From assembly GCA_012512995.1 (NCBI GenBank), contig JAAZDA010000177.1, positions 1-34,605 of the forward strand: a stretch of DNA of 34,605 bases. The letters run 5' to 3'. The notes under the pieces were generated by a model. That model saw nothing but the letters and a program-made list of their open reading frames with translations. It was not told the DNA's origin and ran no database searches. Below, piece after piece: positions 15,932 to 25,037 of this stretch; the stretch's first letter is position 1; the number at the start of each line of letters is the position of its first letter. This DNA is from Clostridiales bacterium. GTDB taxonomy: Bacteria > Bacillota > Clostridia > Lachnospirales > Lachnospiraceae. A program made the translations under genes and the position numbers.

Positions 15932-17361
15932 TGGCAACAACTTCAATATGGCGGGTCAAAGGATATCTCAGTAAGGTCCTGCTTTACGCGGAGAATCCGG
16001 ACAAGACCACGGACCCGCATCCGGTCGAAGTTCCAAAAGGCGTGAATCTGAACGCTTTGGAAGATGTCATTTCCTATGCGAAACGAGAGGATGCCACAGA
16101 GCAGCGGCGCTTTGTAAGCGGTGTCAATTGCACTCCGGAAAATGCCCGTGAGGTGATGATGCGAACCAAGCAACAGTTTGAAAAGCTGGGCGGGACGATT
16201 GCTTATCATGGATACCAGTCCTTCAAAGAAGGCGAGGTTACTCCGGAGATAGCTCACCAGATCGGGAAGAAACTTGCGGAGGAATTATGGGGCGACCAAT
16301 ACGAGGTGCTGGTCACTACCCATGTGGACAAAGAGTCTCATATCCATAATCATTTCGTCCTGAACACAGTATCCTTTGTGGACGGTATCAAGTATCACCG
16401 TACCAAAGAGGACTATCAGGCGATGCGGGATGCTTCCGACAGACTCTGCCGGGAATACGGCCTTTCCGTTGTGAAGCATCCGGAAGGCCGTGGAAAGAAC
16501 TACGGCGAATGGAGAGCCGAACAGAATGGCAAGCCCACGTATCGGGATCGCATCAAGCGTGATATTGATACGGCCATTTCCATGTCTCTGACAGATAATG
16601 AATTCTTCCGTAATCTGAAGGACATGGGTTATGAGATCAAATGGGAAGGAAAGCACAAAGAGCTACAGCACCCCTCTCTCAAACCCAAAGGCGCGAAAAA
16701 GTATTTCCGCTTTGACCGATTGGGTGAGGAATACAGTCTCGATGAAATCTACAATCGCATTCTGGAGAACATCCGGCGGAAGGATCCATTTCCTGAAGAA
16801 ACGCAGGAGGAGGTTCGTAAATATCGCCATGAGCATCCTCCGAAGGTGGATCTCGGAGGCCTGACCAAACTTTATTACTACTACTGCTATGAACTGCATA
16901 TTATCGTCAGATACCCGACTTCCGTAAGCCGGGTATCTCATTTTATGAGGGAGGATCTTATGAAGCTGGATCACTTGGATGAACAGAGCCGGTTCCTGGC
17001 AACAAACAAGATCCAGACGATGGATGATATCGCTGCCTACAGAGAAAGCACAGGATCGGAAATCGAAAGGCTGAAGGCTGAGAGAAAAGATCTTCGCAAT
17101 GAACTTAAACGTGTGCTTCGGAGCGGCAACGAAGATGCGGCTTTGGCAGTAAAAATGAAAATAGCAGACACTTCTGCCAAATTGAAAAAGCTTCAGGATT
17201 CTCTTGTAATCTGCGACAGTGTTGAAGAACGATCCACGCAGATGCAGGCAGAGCTTGGAGATATTCGAAAACAAACTGGAGAAAAGGAGGTAGATAACGA
17301 TGAGCAGTTATTCGGGAGAAGCAGCGGAACAAGTCGTGAGGATGAGCCTAAACGGCGTTGA
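15931..17361 (+). CDS. Relaxase/mobilization nuclease (MOBP-type)
   Basis: YAENPDKT, AYHGYQSF..GEVTPE.AH.IG, THVDKESHIHNHFVLN (HUH 3H motif). Confidence 0.95.
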   Translation: MATTSIWRVKGYLSKVLLYAENPDKTTDPHPVEVPKGVNLNALEDVISYAKREDATEQRRFVSGVNCTPENAREVMMRTKQQFEKLGGTIAYHGYQSFKEGEVTPEIAHQIGKKLAEELWGDQYEVLVTTHVDKESHIHNHFVLNTVSFVDGIKYHRTKEDYQAMRDASDRLCREYGLSVVKHPEGRGKNYGEWRAEQNGKPTYRDRIKRDIDTAISMSLTDNEFFRNLKDMGYEIKWEGKHKELQHPSLKPKGAKKYFRFDRLGEEYSLDEIYNRILENIRRKDPFPEETQEEVRKYRHEHPPKVDLGGLTKLYYYYCYELHIIVRYPTSVSRVSHFMREDLMKLDHLDEQSRFLATNKIQTMDDIAAYRESTGSEIERLKAERKDLRNELKRVLRSGNEDAALAVKMKIADTSAKLKKLQDSLVICDSVEERSTQMQAELGDIRKQTGEKEVDNDEQLFGRSSGTSREDEPKRR

Positions 17362-18097
17362 AGTCGCTGCAAAGATCAGCGGCAAAGCAGCCGAACGGCT
17401 GGCTGTTTTGCTGTATGCGGTCCTGACAGACCAGAAGAAAACCAGAGGCAAGATCCGCCTTTCCAACATGCTGAAAAGCGGTAAGGAACTGAAGGTATTC
17501 GCGGTAAGAGATCAGGACCTTGCAAAGTTCTGTGAGGAAGCCAAGAAATACGGTGTTCTGTACTGCGTACTGAAGGATGCGAATGCCGATGACGGTCTGA
17601 CGGACATCATGGTACGTGCGGAAGACGCCAGCAAAATCAACCGCATCTTTGAGCGCTTCGGCCTGGCTGTTGCCGAGATGGGCACTGTTAAGACCGCTAT
17701 CGAGCAGAATAAGGAGGTGCCGCTAGATATAGAAGGAACGGAAAAGGAAGTCCCGGAGCGGGTACAGACCGTGGATGACAAGCTGGATCAGTTCCTTGAT
17801 TCAGTGACCGAACCGAAAGAAAATCCTACGGCGCAGAAGGCGGAAACCGAAAACCCCACCATGGCCCGGACTGGGAAGTCCCGTCAGTCCGAGCCTTCAT
17901 CCGCGAGCAGAAAGAGCCGGTCAGAAGGCGAAACTGAAAGAAGTGCCAGCAGCCGTCCTTCCGTAAGAAAAGAGATGGAGGAGATCCGTGCGGAACAGGG
18001 ACAGCAGAAAGGACGCGAACGGGAGGAACGTGTTCCCAATGTGGAGCCACCGCATATCCCCGTTCCCGTTAAGAAAGACGAGAAGGAGGTAAGATGA
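17300..18097 (+). CDS. PcfB-family (DUF3801) protein
   Basis: F...AKKYGVLYCVLKD......DIMVRAEDASKINRI motif; sits between relaxase and coupling protein. Confidence 0.85.
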   Translation: MSSYSGEAAEQVVRMSLNGVEVAAKISGKAAERLAVLLYAVLTDQKKTRGKIRLSNMLKSGKELKVFAVRDQDLAKFCEEAKKYGVLYCVLKDANADDGLTDIMVRAEDASKINRIFERFGLAVAEMGTVKTAIEQNKEVPLDIEGTEKEVPERVQTVDDKLDQFLDSVTEPKENPTAQKAETENPTMARTGKSRQSEPSSASRKSRSEGETERSASSRPSVRKEMEEIRAEQGQQKGREREERVPNVEPPHIPVPVKKDEKEVR

Positions 18098-18291
18098 TGG
18101 CACCCGATGAAAAGGTAGTTGTGACGCTGGACAATTTTGAACAGCGTCTGATGGTAACCGGCCTTGCCGACTTTCGTAATGATCTTCTCAGAGCGGAAAA
18201 GCCTACTGAAGACGTGAACGCTCTGCTTCTGAAGGTCATAGATGCCCCAACGCAGAAAGAAAAAAAGAAGGCGGACCGTGAGGCAAGATAA
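18094..18291 (+). CDS. Small conserved ICE protein upstream of the coupling protein
   Basis: 65 aa, coupled; LD.FE..L....L..FRN.L....KPTEDVN.LLLKVIDAP. Confidence 0.8.
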   Translation: MMAPDEKVVVTLDNFEQRLMVTGLADFRNDLLRAEKPTEDVNALLLKVIDAPTQKEKKKADREAR

Positions 18292-20101
18292 GCTCTCCAA
18301 GCAGAACATTCTGCTCTACTGCTTCGGCATAATCCCTGTCACATGGATCGGACTTTTGATCGCACCTTGTATGACGGACGGCCTGAAAGGACTGATTGCC
18401 AGCTTCGGCACCGTAATGGAAAACCCGTTTATGATTACGCTTTGTGAGGACAGCCTGAAAACTGTCCTCATTCTGCTTTTGATCTACGGCGTTGCCATCG
18501 GCGTGTATCTTTCCAATGACCGGAATTACAGAAGGCGTGAAGAACACGGCTCGGCCAAATGGGGCTCGCCGGGTCAGGTCAACAATAAGTATGCCGACAG
18601 GAGCAAAACCGAAAACAAGATCCTTACGCAGAACGTGGCTATCGGTCTTGACGGAAGAAAGCACAGGAGGAACCTGAATACCCTCGTGGTCGGCGGTTCC
18701 GGTGCGGGCAAAACCCGTTTTTTCGCCAAGCCCAATATCATGAATGCCAATACGAGCTTTGTGGTTTTAGACCCGAAAGGAGAACTCCTTGCTTCGACAG
18801 GGAAAATGCTTTCGGACAAAAACTACGATGTGAAAGTCCTGGACCTCATAAATATGGAGAAGAGCCATTGCTACAATCCCTTCGTTTATCTGAGGTCCGA
18901 CAATGACATTCAGAGACTGGTTACAAATCTGTTTAAGAACACCACACCGAAAGGGTCCCAAAGTCAGGATCCGTTCTGGGACCAGGCGGCAACCATGCTG
19001 CTTCTGGCCCTTATTTTTTATCTTCATTACGAGGCACCGCCTGAGGAGCAAAATTTCCCTATGGTCATGGACATGATCCGTGCGGGTGAAGTCCGGGAGG
19101 ATGATGAGGGATTCAAATCGACGCTGGACATCCTCTTCGACCGCCTTGAAATGAGAAATCCGGAGCATATAGCCCTGAAATATTACAAGAGCTATCACTC
19201 CGGTTCGGGTAAGACTCTGAAGTCGATTCAGATCACCCTGATATCCCGCCTTGAAAAGTTTAACCTGGAATCGCTTGCGAGCATCACGCAGACGGATGAG
19301 CTGGAGCTGTGGAACCTGGGAGAAAAGAAGACGGCGATCTTCGCTGTCATCCCGGACAATGACAGCTCCTTCAATTTTATCGTCGGGATGCTCTACACGC
19401 AGATGTTCCAGCAGCTTTACTATCAGGCGGATTCGAAGCCGGACAAGCGACTGCCCGTACACGTTCACTTTGTCATGGACGAATTTGCGAACGTAGCCTT
19501 GCCCGATGAATTTGACAAGCTGCTCTCAACCATGAGATCGAGAGAAATCTCGGTGTCCATCATTATCCAGAACCTTGCGCAGCTCAAGGCTCTGTTCGAA
19601 AAGCAATGGGAATCCATCATCGGTAACTGTGATGAGTTTCTGTATCTTGGCGGCAATGAGCAATCCACTCATGAATACGTATCAAAGCTTCTCGGAAAAG
19701 AGACCATTGATACCAACACTTACGGCCAGTCCAAAGGCAGAAACGGCAGCTACTCTACCAACTGGCAGCTTACAGGTCGTGAGCTGAAAACCCCTGATGA
19801 GGTTCGAAGGCTTGATAATCAGTACGCCATGCTGTTCATCCGAGGCGAATACCCTGTGCTGGATCTGAAATACGACATCATGAAGCACCCGAATATCGCT
19901 TTGACAACAGATGGAGGGGCCGAGCCGTACCGACACGGCGAAGACTCTATCAGCATTGCTACCCTTGAGATCGATGAGGTTGCTCTGAAGAACGCCCACG
20001 CCGATCCTGTCGGAGAAGATGAGTATTTCTTCTTCTGCGAGGAAGAACTCGAAGAACTTATTAAGAAAAAACTGGAGGAAAAACGAAATGAGAAAAACTA
20101 A
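18278..20101 (+). CDS. virD4: Type IV coupling protein VirD4/TraG
   Basis: Two N-terminal TM helices, EEHGSAKWG, Walker A GGSGAGKT, DPKGE, Walker B MDEFAN, QNLAQL; probable GTG start at 18278. Confidence 0.95.
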   Translation: MRQDKLSKQNILLYCFGIIPVTWIGLLIAPCMTDGLKGLIASFGTVMENPFMITLCEDSLKTVLILLLIYGVAIGVYLSNDRNYRRREEHGSAKWGSPGQVNNKYADRSKTENKILTQNVAIGLDGRKHRRNLNTLVVGGSGAGKTRFFAKPNIMNANTSFVVLDPKGELLASTGKMLSDKNYDVKVLDLINMEKSHCYNPFVYLRSDNDIQRLVTNLFKNTTPKGSQSQDPFWDQAATMLLLALIFYLHYEAPPEEQNFPMVMDMIRAGEVREDDEGFKSTLDILFDRLEMRNPEHIALKYYKSYHSGSGKTLKSIQITLISRLEKFNLESLASITQTDELELWNLGEKKTAIFAVIPDNDSSFNFIVGMLYTQMFQQLYYQADSKPDKRLPVHVHFVMDEFANVALPDEFDKLLSTMRSREISVSIIIQNLAQLKALFEKQWESIIGNCDEFLYLGGNEQSTHEYVSKLLGKETIDTNTYGQSKGRNGSYSTNWQLTGRELKTPDEVRRLDNQYAMLFIRGEYPVLDLKYDIMKHPNIALTTDGGAEPYRHGEDSISIATLEIDEVALKNAHADPVGEDEYFFFCEEELEELIKKKLEEKRNEKN

Positions 20102-20432
20102 GAATCCTATCAACAAGCTGGAGACTCCTTCCAAGGTGAAGAAGGGCTTCAGAGCATACGTGGCTATGGTGCTTGCCTGCACCGCCATGTTCGTGTGTGC
20201 CGTCCCCGCTTTTGCGGCAGGCGATCCTATCACCGTCGTGAACAACCTCAGCAGCTTCATCTTCGGTCTCATCCGTGCGGTGGGTCTGATCCTGCTCGGT
20301 TGGGGTATCGTGCAGGTCGGTCTGTCTCTTCAGAGCCATGACCCTTCTCAGCGTTCCAACGGTTTCCTTACCCTTGCGGGCGGCATCGTCATTACCTTTG
20401 CTAAGGAAATCCTTGACCTGATCGTGGGTTGA
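20088..20432 (+). CDS. VirB2/Maff2-like pilin-type membrane protein
   Basis: Signal-like PAFA-A, two hydrophobic helices, SHDPSQRSNG loop; ATG 20088 after GGAGG. Confidence 0.75.
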   Translation: MRKTKNPINKLETPSKVKKGFRAYVAMVLACTAMFVCAVPAFAAGDPITVVNNLSSFIFGLIRAVGLILLGWGIVQVGLSLQSHDPSQRSNGFLTLAGGIVITFAKEILDLIVG

Positions 20433-20449
20433 TCCGGTTATCCCAAAAA

Positions 20450-20479
20450 CGGGGCGGCTCAGGTAACCGGGCCGTCCCG
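20450..20479 (+). promoter_or_regulatory. GC-rich intergenic hairpin after the pilin-like gene
   Basis: CGGGGCGGCTC-AGGTAACC-GGGCCGTCCCG directly before an AGGAGG SD; no U-tract. Confidence 0.55.
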
Positions 20480-20496
20480 GATAGGAGGTGAGATGA

Positions 20497-21333
20497 ATGT
20501 CGGATAATTGGGTAGTACAGAACCTGGAAAACGCACTGGAGGTCTGGAACGAAAAACTGTCAGAAATCTGGACACTGCTTACCCAGTCACCCCAGTCATT
20601 CAAAAGCGGATCCATCTGGTCCGTAATCGTAAATATTCACGGAGCACTTCAGGCTGTCGGACTGGCGCTATTGGTGCTCTTTTTCGTTGTGGGCGTCATG
20701 AAGACCTGCGGAAGCTTTGCAGAACTGAAAAAGCCGGAGCACGCTCTTAAACTCTTCATCCGCTTTGCTATCGCTAAAGGCGTCATCACTTACGGTATGG
20801 AGCTGATGCTTGCTTTCCTTGAAATCATCCAAGGCGTCATCAGCAGCATCATGAATGCGGCGGGCTTTGGAACGGCCACGCAAACGGTGCTGCCAGCGGA
20901 GGTTGTAACGGCCATTGAGGACTGCGGCTTTTTCGAAAGTATTCCTCTATGGGCGGTAACTCTGATCGGCGGCCTGTTCGTATGGGTGCTGAGTTTTGTA
21001 ATGATCCTCAGTGTCTATGGACGTTTCTTCAAGCTCTATATGTATACGGCAATCGCGCCGATTCCTCTTTCCACCTTTGCCGGTGAACCTACGCAGAATG
21101 TGGGCAAAAGCTTCCTGAAAAGCTATGCCGGGGTCTGCTTGGAGGGAGCAATCATCGTACTGGCCTGCATTATCTTCTCGGTATTTGCCGGAAGCCCGCC
21201 TACAGTCAACCCGGACGCAGCAGCAGCCAGTATGGTATGGAGCTATATCGGAGAACTGATCTTCAACATGCTGATTCTTGTGGGATCCGTCAAGATGGCT
21301 GACCGGATCGTAAGAGAGATGATGGGACTGTGA
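20497..21333 (+). CDS. VirB6/TrbL-like polytopic T4SS membrane protein
   Basis: Multiple TM helices; YGRFFKLYMYTAIAPIPLSTF.GE...GKSFLKSYA.VCLEG motif. Confidence 0.85.
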   Translation: MSDNWVVQNLENALEVWNEKLSEIWTLLTQSPQSFKSGSIWSVIVNIHGALQAVGLALLVLFFVVGVMKTCGSFAELKKPEHALKLFIRFAIAKGVITYGMELMLAFLEIIQGVISSIMNAAGFGTATQTVLPAEVVTAIEDCGFFESIPLWAVTLIGGLFVWVLSFVMILSVYGRFFKLYMYTAIAPIPLSTFAGEPTQNVGKSFLKSYAGVCLEGAIIVLACIIFSVFAGSPPTVNPDAAAASMVWSYIGELIFNMLILVGSVKMADRIVREMMGL

Positions 21334-21341
21334 GGCGAATC

Positions 21342-21530
21342 ATGAACGTGAATTTTGAATGTGTACCTGACTGCGGTACCGATAACTGTAATTGCAAAGA
21401 CTGCATGTTTTACGGCGGCATGAGCCACGGCGCAGTTCGCTGTCTTGCTGAGGAGGAAATCAGCAAGGCGGCGGCCAAGCCCAGAAGACATGCAAGAAAG
21501 GACAAGAAAGAAAATGGAAGTGAAAATTAA
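21342..21530 (+). CDS. Small Cys-rich protein
   Basis: CVPDCGTDNCNCKDC....C (6 Cys) plus basic tail; fills the virB6-prgI gap; start could be 21330 or 21342. Confidence 0.5.
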   Translation: MNVNFECVPDCGTDNCNCKDCMFYGGMSHGAVRCLAEEEISKAAAKPRRHARKDKKENGSEN

Positions 21531-21879
21531 CCGGGAGATCCGTGATTATACGGAATCCATGTTTTTCGGACTGTCCATGCGGCAGTTCTTTTTTTCTGTC
21601 GCAGCGGTAGTCGTTGCGGTACTGCTTTACTTCCTTCTTAAGCCTTATGTGGGAGCTGAGACAGTTTCGTGGATGTGTATTCTCGGCGCATTTCCTTTTG
21701 CGGCAATGGGCTTTATCAAGTACCACGGCATGACCGCCGAACAGTTCATCTGGGCGTGGCTTCGCTCAGAGCTGATTGAGCCGAAAGAACTGCATTTCGA
21801 ATCCGAAAACATCTACTACGAGGCACTGAAGGAAACCATAGAAAATCATGAAAAGGAGGCTGTGAAAATCCATGATTAA
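21514..21879 (+). CDS. prgI: PrgI-family (VirB3-like) protein
   Basis: MEVKINREIRDYTESMFFGLSMRQ, two TM helices, YHGMTAEQF. Confidence 0.9.
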   Translation: MEVKINREIRDYTESMFFGLSMRQFFFSVAAVVVAVLLYFLLKPYVGAETVSWMCILGAFPFAAMGFIKYHGMTAEQFIWAWLRSELIEPKELHFESENIYYEALKETIENHEKEAVKIHD

Positions 21880-24211
21880 GTCAATCAAGTCAATCCTGAG
21901 CACGGATAAAGAGAAATATAAGGTTCCGAAGAAGGTTCAGGACGTAATTCCAATCAAGCGCATCTGGCCCGACGGAATCTTCCTTGTGGGCAATAAGTTC
22001 GTGAAGAGCTGGAAGTTCACCGATATCAATTATCTGGTCGCAAGCCGCGAGGATAAGGAAACCATGTTCCTGGCTTATTCCGAGCTCCTCAATTCTCTGG
22101 ACAGCGGCGCAACCACGAAGATCACCATCAACAATCATCGTATGAAGAAGGAAGACTTTGAGCAGTCCGTCCTGATGCCGATGAAGGGAGACGGCCTGGA
22201 CGAATACCGTGAAGAGTATAACCAGATGCTGCTCGATAAGGCTATGGATGCCAACGGCATCATGCAGGAGAAGTATATCACGGTGACCATTGCTAAGAAG
22301 AACGTCGAGGAAGCCCGTGCATACTTTGCGCGAGTCGGCGCAGATCTGTCCGCTCACTTTACAGCGCTTGGTTCCAAGTGCATGGAGATGACCGCCAATG
22401 ACAGGCTGAGAGCACTGCATGACTTCTATCGCTCCGGCGAGGAAAGCGCCTTCGATTTCAACATGAGGGACAACCTCCGCAAGGGCCACTGCTTCCGCGA
22501 TTATATCTGTCCGGACAGCATTGAGAAGAATGCGGACTACCTGAAGCTGGGTGAAAAGTTCGCCCGTGTCCTTTACCTGAAGGACTACGCCAGCTATATC
22601 AAGGATTCCTTTGTAGCTGAGCTTACGGACCTGAACCGTAATATGATGCTTTCCATCGACATTATCCCCGTCCCCACAGATGAGGCAGTACGTGAGGTGG
22701 AGAGCCGTCTGCTCGGCGTGGAGACTAATATCACCAACTGGCAGCGCAAGCAGAATCAGAACAACAACTTTTCCGCTGTCGTTCCCTATGACATGGAGCT
22801 GCAGAGAAAGGAATCCAAGGAGTTCCTGGATGACCTGGCCACCCGCGATCAGCGCATGATGTTCGGTGTCATCACTATGGTCATTACGGCTGATACCAAG
22901 GAACAGCTCGAAGCAGACACGGAAACGATCCTGTCTACTGCCCGAAAGCACATGTGCCAGATGGCCGTGCTGAAGTATCAGCAGCTGGACGGCCTTAATA
23001 CGGTTCTTCCTATTGGAACCCGTAAGATCAATGCTTTCCGTACTCTGACCACCGAAAGCCTTGCGGTATTCATTCCGTTCAAGGTACAGGAGATTATGGA
23101 TGAAGGCGGGATCTACTTCGGCGAGAATGCTATTTCGCATAATCTGATTATGTGCAATAAAGCGAAGCTGCTGAACCAGTCGGCGTTTCTGCTCGGCGTT
23201 CCCGGCTCCGGTAAATCCTTCAGTGCAAAGGAACTGATCACATTTCTGATCCTGAACACAGAAGACGATATTCTCATCTGCGATCCTGAAGGCGAGTATG
23301 CACCTCTTATTGAAGCGATGGGAGATATCGGATCTGTGATCCGCGTATCCGCAGGCGGACGCGACCGTCTGAACGCCATGTATATGGTTGACGGCTACGG
23401 CGAGAACAATCCTATCGTGGTTAAGTCCGAGTTCATCATGTCCCTCATCGAGCAGATTGATAAGAAGGGAGTCGGCCCGCAGCACAAGTCCATTATCGAC
23501 CGCTGTATCGCCAACGTATACCGCAATGCTTCGGAGACCGGTACGGTGCCTACGCTTTGTACTCTCCGCGAGATGCTGCTTGAGCAGCCTGAGCCTGAAG
23601 CAAAGCAGATCGCCCTTTCCCTTGAACTTTATACCACCGGCTCGCTGGATATCTTCGGACATCAGAGCAACGTGGATCTGGACAAGCGCGTTGTGGTGTT
23701 TGATATCCATGGCCTTGGTGCTCAGCTGAAGCCTACCGGCCTTCTTGTGATCACCGATACCATGCTGAACCGTGTCACTCTCAACTGGAAGAAGGGAAAG
23801 AGAACACACGTCTTCATCGACGAATTTCATGTGGTATTCGAGAATGAATTCTCCGCGCAGTTCTTCAACTCCGCATGGAGACAGTTCCGTAAGCGTAACG
23901 CTTACCCCACTGCTATCACTCAGAACGTGGAATATCTGCTGGATTCTGTTCAGGCCAGCACGATGCTTTCCAACTCGGAATTCATCGTCATGCTGAACCA
24001 GGCTGCCTCCGATAGAGGCGAGCTTGCCAAACTCCTGAACATTTCCAATGAGCAGATGAGCTATATCACCAACGCCGATCCCGGATGCGGACTCGTCAAA
24101 TACGGCGGTTCGCTGGTTCCTTTCGTGAATAGGTTCCCGAAAGATACCAAGCTGTATCAGCTGATGACCACTCGTCCCGGTGAGGGTATTTTTGCAGGGC
24201 AGGCTTCTTAA
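21872..24211 (+). CDS. virB4: VirB4-like conjugal transfer ATPase
   Basis: Walker A GVPGSGKS, DPEGEY, Walker B FIDEFH, RKRNA.PTAITQN. Confidence 0.95.
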   Translation: MIKSIKSILSTDKEKYKVPKKVQDVIPIKRIWPDGIFLVGNKFVKSWKFTDINYLVASREDKETMFLAYSELLNSLDSGATTKITINNHRMKKEDFEQSVLMPMKGDGLDEYREEYNQMLLDKAMDANGIMQEKYITVTIAKKNVEEARAYFARVGADLSAHFTALGSKCMEMTANDRLRALHDFYRSGEESAFDFNMRDNLRKGHCFRDYICPDSIEKNADYLKLGEKFARVLYLKDYASYIKDSFVAELTDLNRNMMLSIDIIPVPTDEAVREVESRLLGVETNITNWQRKQNQNNNFSAVVPYDMELQRKESKEFLDDLATRDQRMMFGVITMVITADTKEQLEADTETILSTARKHMCQMAVLKYQQLDGLNTVLPIGTRKINAFRTLTTESLAVFIPFKVQEIMDEGGIYFGENAISHNLIMCNKAKLLNQSAFLLGVPGSGKSFSAKELITFLILNTEDDILICDPEGEYAPLIEAMGDIGSVIRVSAGGRDRLNAMYMVDGYGENNPIVVKSEFIMSLIEQIDKKGVGPQHKSIIDRCIANVYRNASETGTVPTLCTLREMLLEQPEPEAKQIALSLELYTTGSLDIFGHQSNVDLDKRVVVFDIHGLGAQLKPTGLLVITDTMLNRVTLNWKKGKRTHVFIDEFHVVFENEFSAQFFNSAWRQFRKRNAYPTAITQNVEYLLDSVQASTMLSNSEFIVMLNQAASDRGELAKLLNISNEQMSYITNADPGCGLVKYGGSLVPFVNRFPKDTKLYQLMTTRPGEGIFAGQAS

Positions 24212-24236
24212 GCCTGCTCTTTGATGGAGGTAACTT

Positions 24237-25037
24237 ATGACTAAGAAAAAGAAAATCGGAATCGTAATTACGGCAGTCCTTGCAGCAGCCACTCTCTTTT
24301 GCGGGATCATGTTCGCAAGGCAGTACGGCGATGCGAAAAACAGCGAGGAGTCCTTCAATGCTCTGACGGATCTGATCGTAGAAACAGAACCGCAGGAGGT
24401 GTGCGTGACGGATGCAGAAGAACCTGAGACTGAAACCTCCGAGGAGGATCTGGCAGCAATCGAAGCCGCAGCAGCGTTGGAACGTTATAGCGCCCTCTTT
24501 GATCAGAATAATGATTTTATCGGCTGGATTTGCATTGAAGGCACCAATATCAACTATCCGGTCATGCAGACACCCAACAATCCTGATTACTACCTGAAGC
24601 ACAGCTTCGAGAAGACCTACAGCGATTACGGTGTTCCGTACATCGAGGAGTCCTGCGCAGTCGGTCTCAGCAACAATGTCGTGATCTATGGGCATCATAT
24701 GAAGAACGGCAGTATGTTTGCGGATCTCTGCAATTATACGGATAAGGATTTCTACGAGAAACACAAGACCATTCAGTTCGACACGCTTTCTTCTCTCGGA
24801 CAGTACGAGGTCGTGGCGGTCTTTAAGTTCAATACGAACAAGGAAGATTTCCGCTATAACGAGTGCTGCACAATGAACGAAAGCGCATTCAAGGACTTTA
24901 TGAGCCAGGTTCACGCGAGACAGCTGTATGATACCGGCGTTGATGCCGAGTATGGAGATCAGCTTCTGACGCTTTCTACCTGTGAGTATACCTACAACAA
25001 CGGACGTCTGGTGGTGGTTGCAAAGAAGGTGAGCTGA
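24237..25037 (+). CDS. srtB: Class B sortase
   Basis: N-terminal TM, INYPVMQ..N.DYYL.H, IYGHHM..GSMF, LTLSTC and GRLVVVA. Confidence 0.92.
   Translation: MTKKKKIGIVITAVLAAATLFCGIMFARQYGDAKNSEESFNALTDLIVETEPQEVCVTDAEEPETETSEEDLAAIEAAAALERYSALFDQNNDFIGWICIEGTNINYPVMQTPNNPDYYLKHSFEKTYSDYGVPYIEESCAVGLSNNVVIYGHHMKNGSMFADLCNYTDKDFYEKHKTIQFDTLSSLGQYEVVAVFKFNTNKEDFRYNECCTMNESAFKDFMSQVHARQLYDTGVDAEYGDQLLTLSTCEYTYNNGRLVVVAKKVS

Noticed and set aside
17300-17361. 62-nt relaxase/pcfB overlap (and 47-nt parA/parB overlap) as frameshift or recoding
   Set aside because: Each downstream gene has its own strong SD and start codon; ordinary overlaps.
21890-24358. 822-aa minus-strand ORF
   Set aside because: Antisense shadow of virB4 with no recognisable motifs; expected from codon bias of the sense gene.
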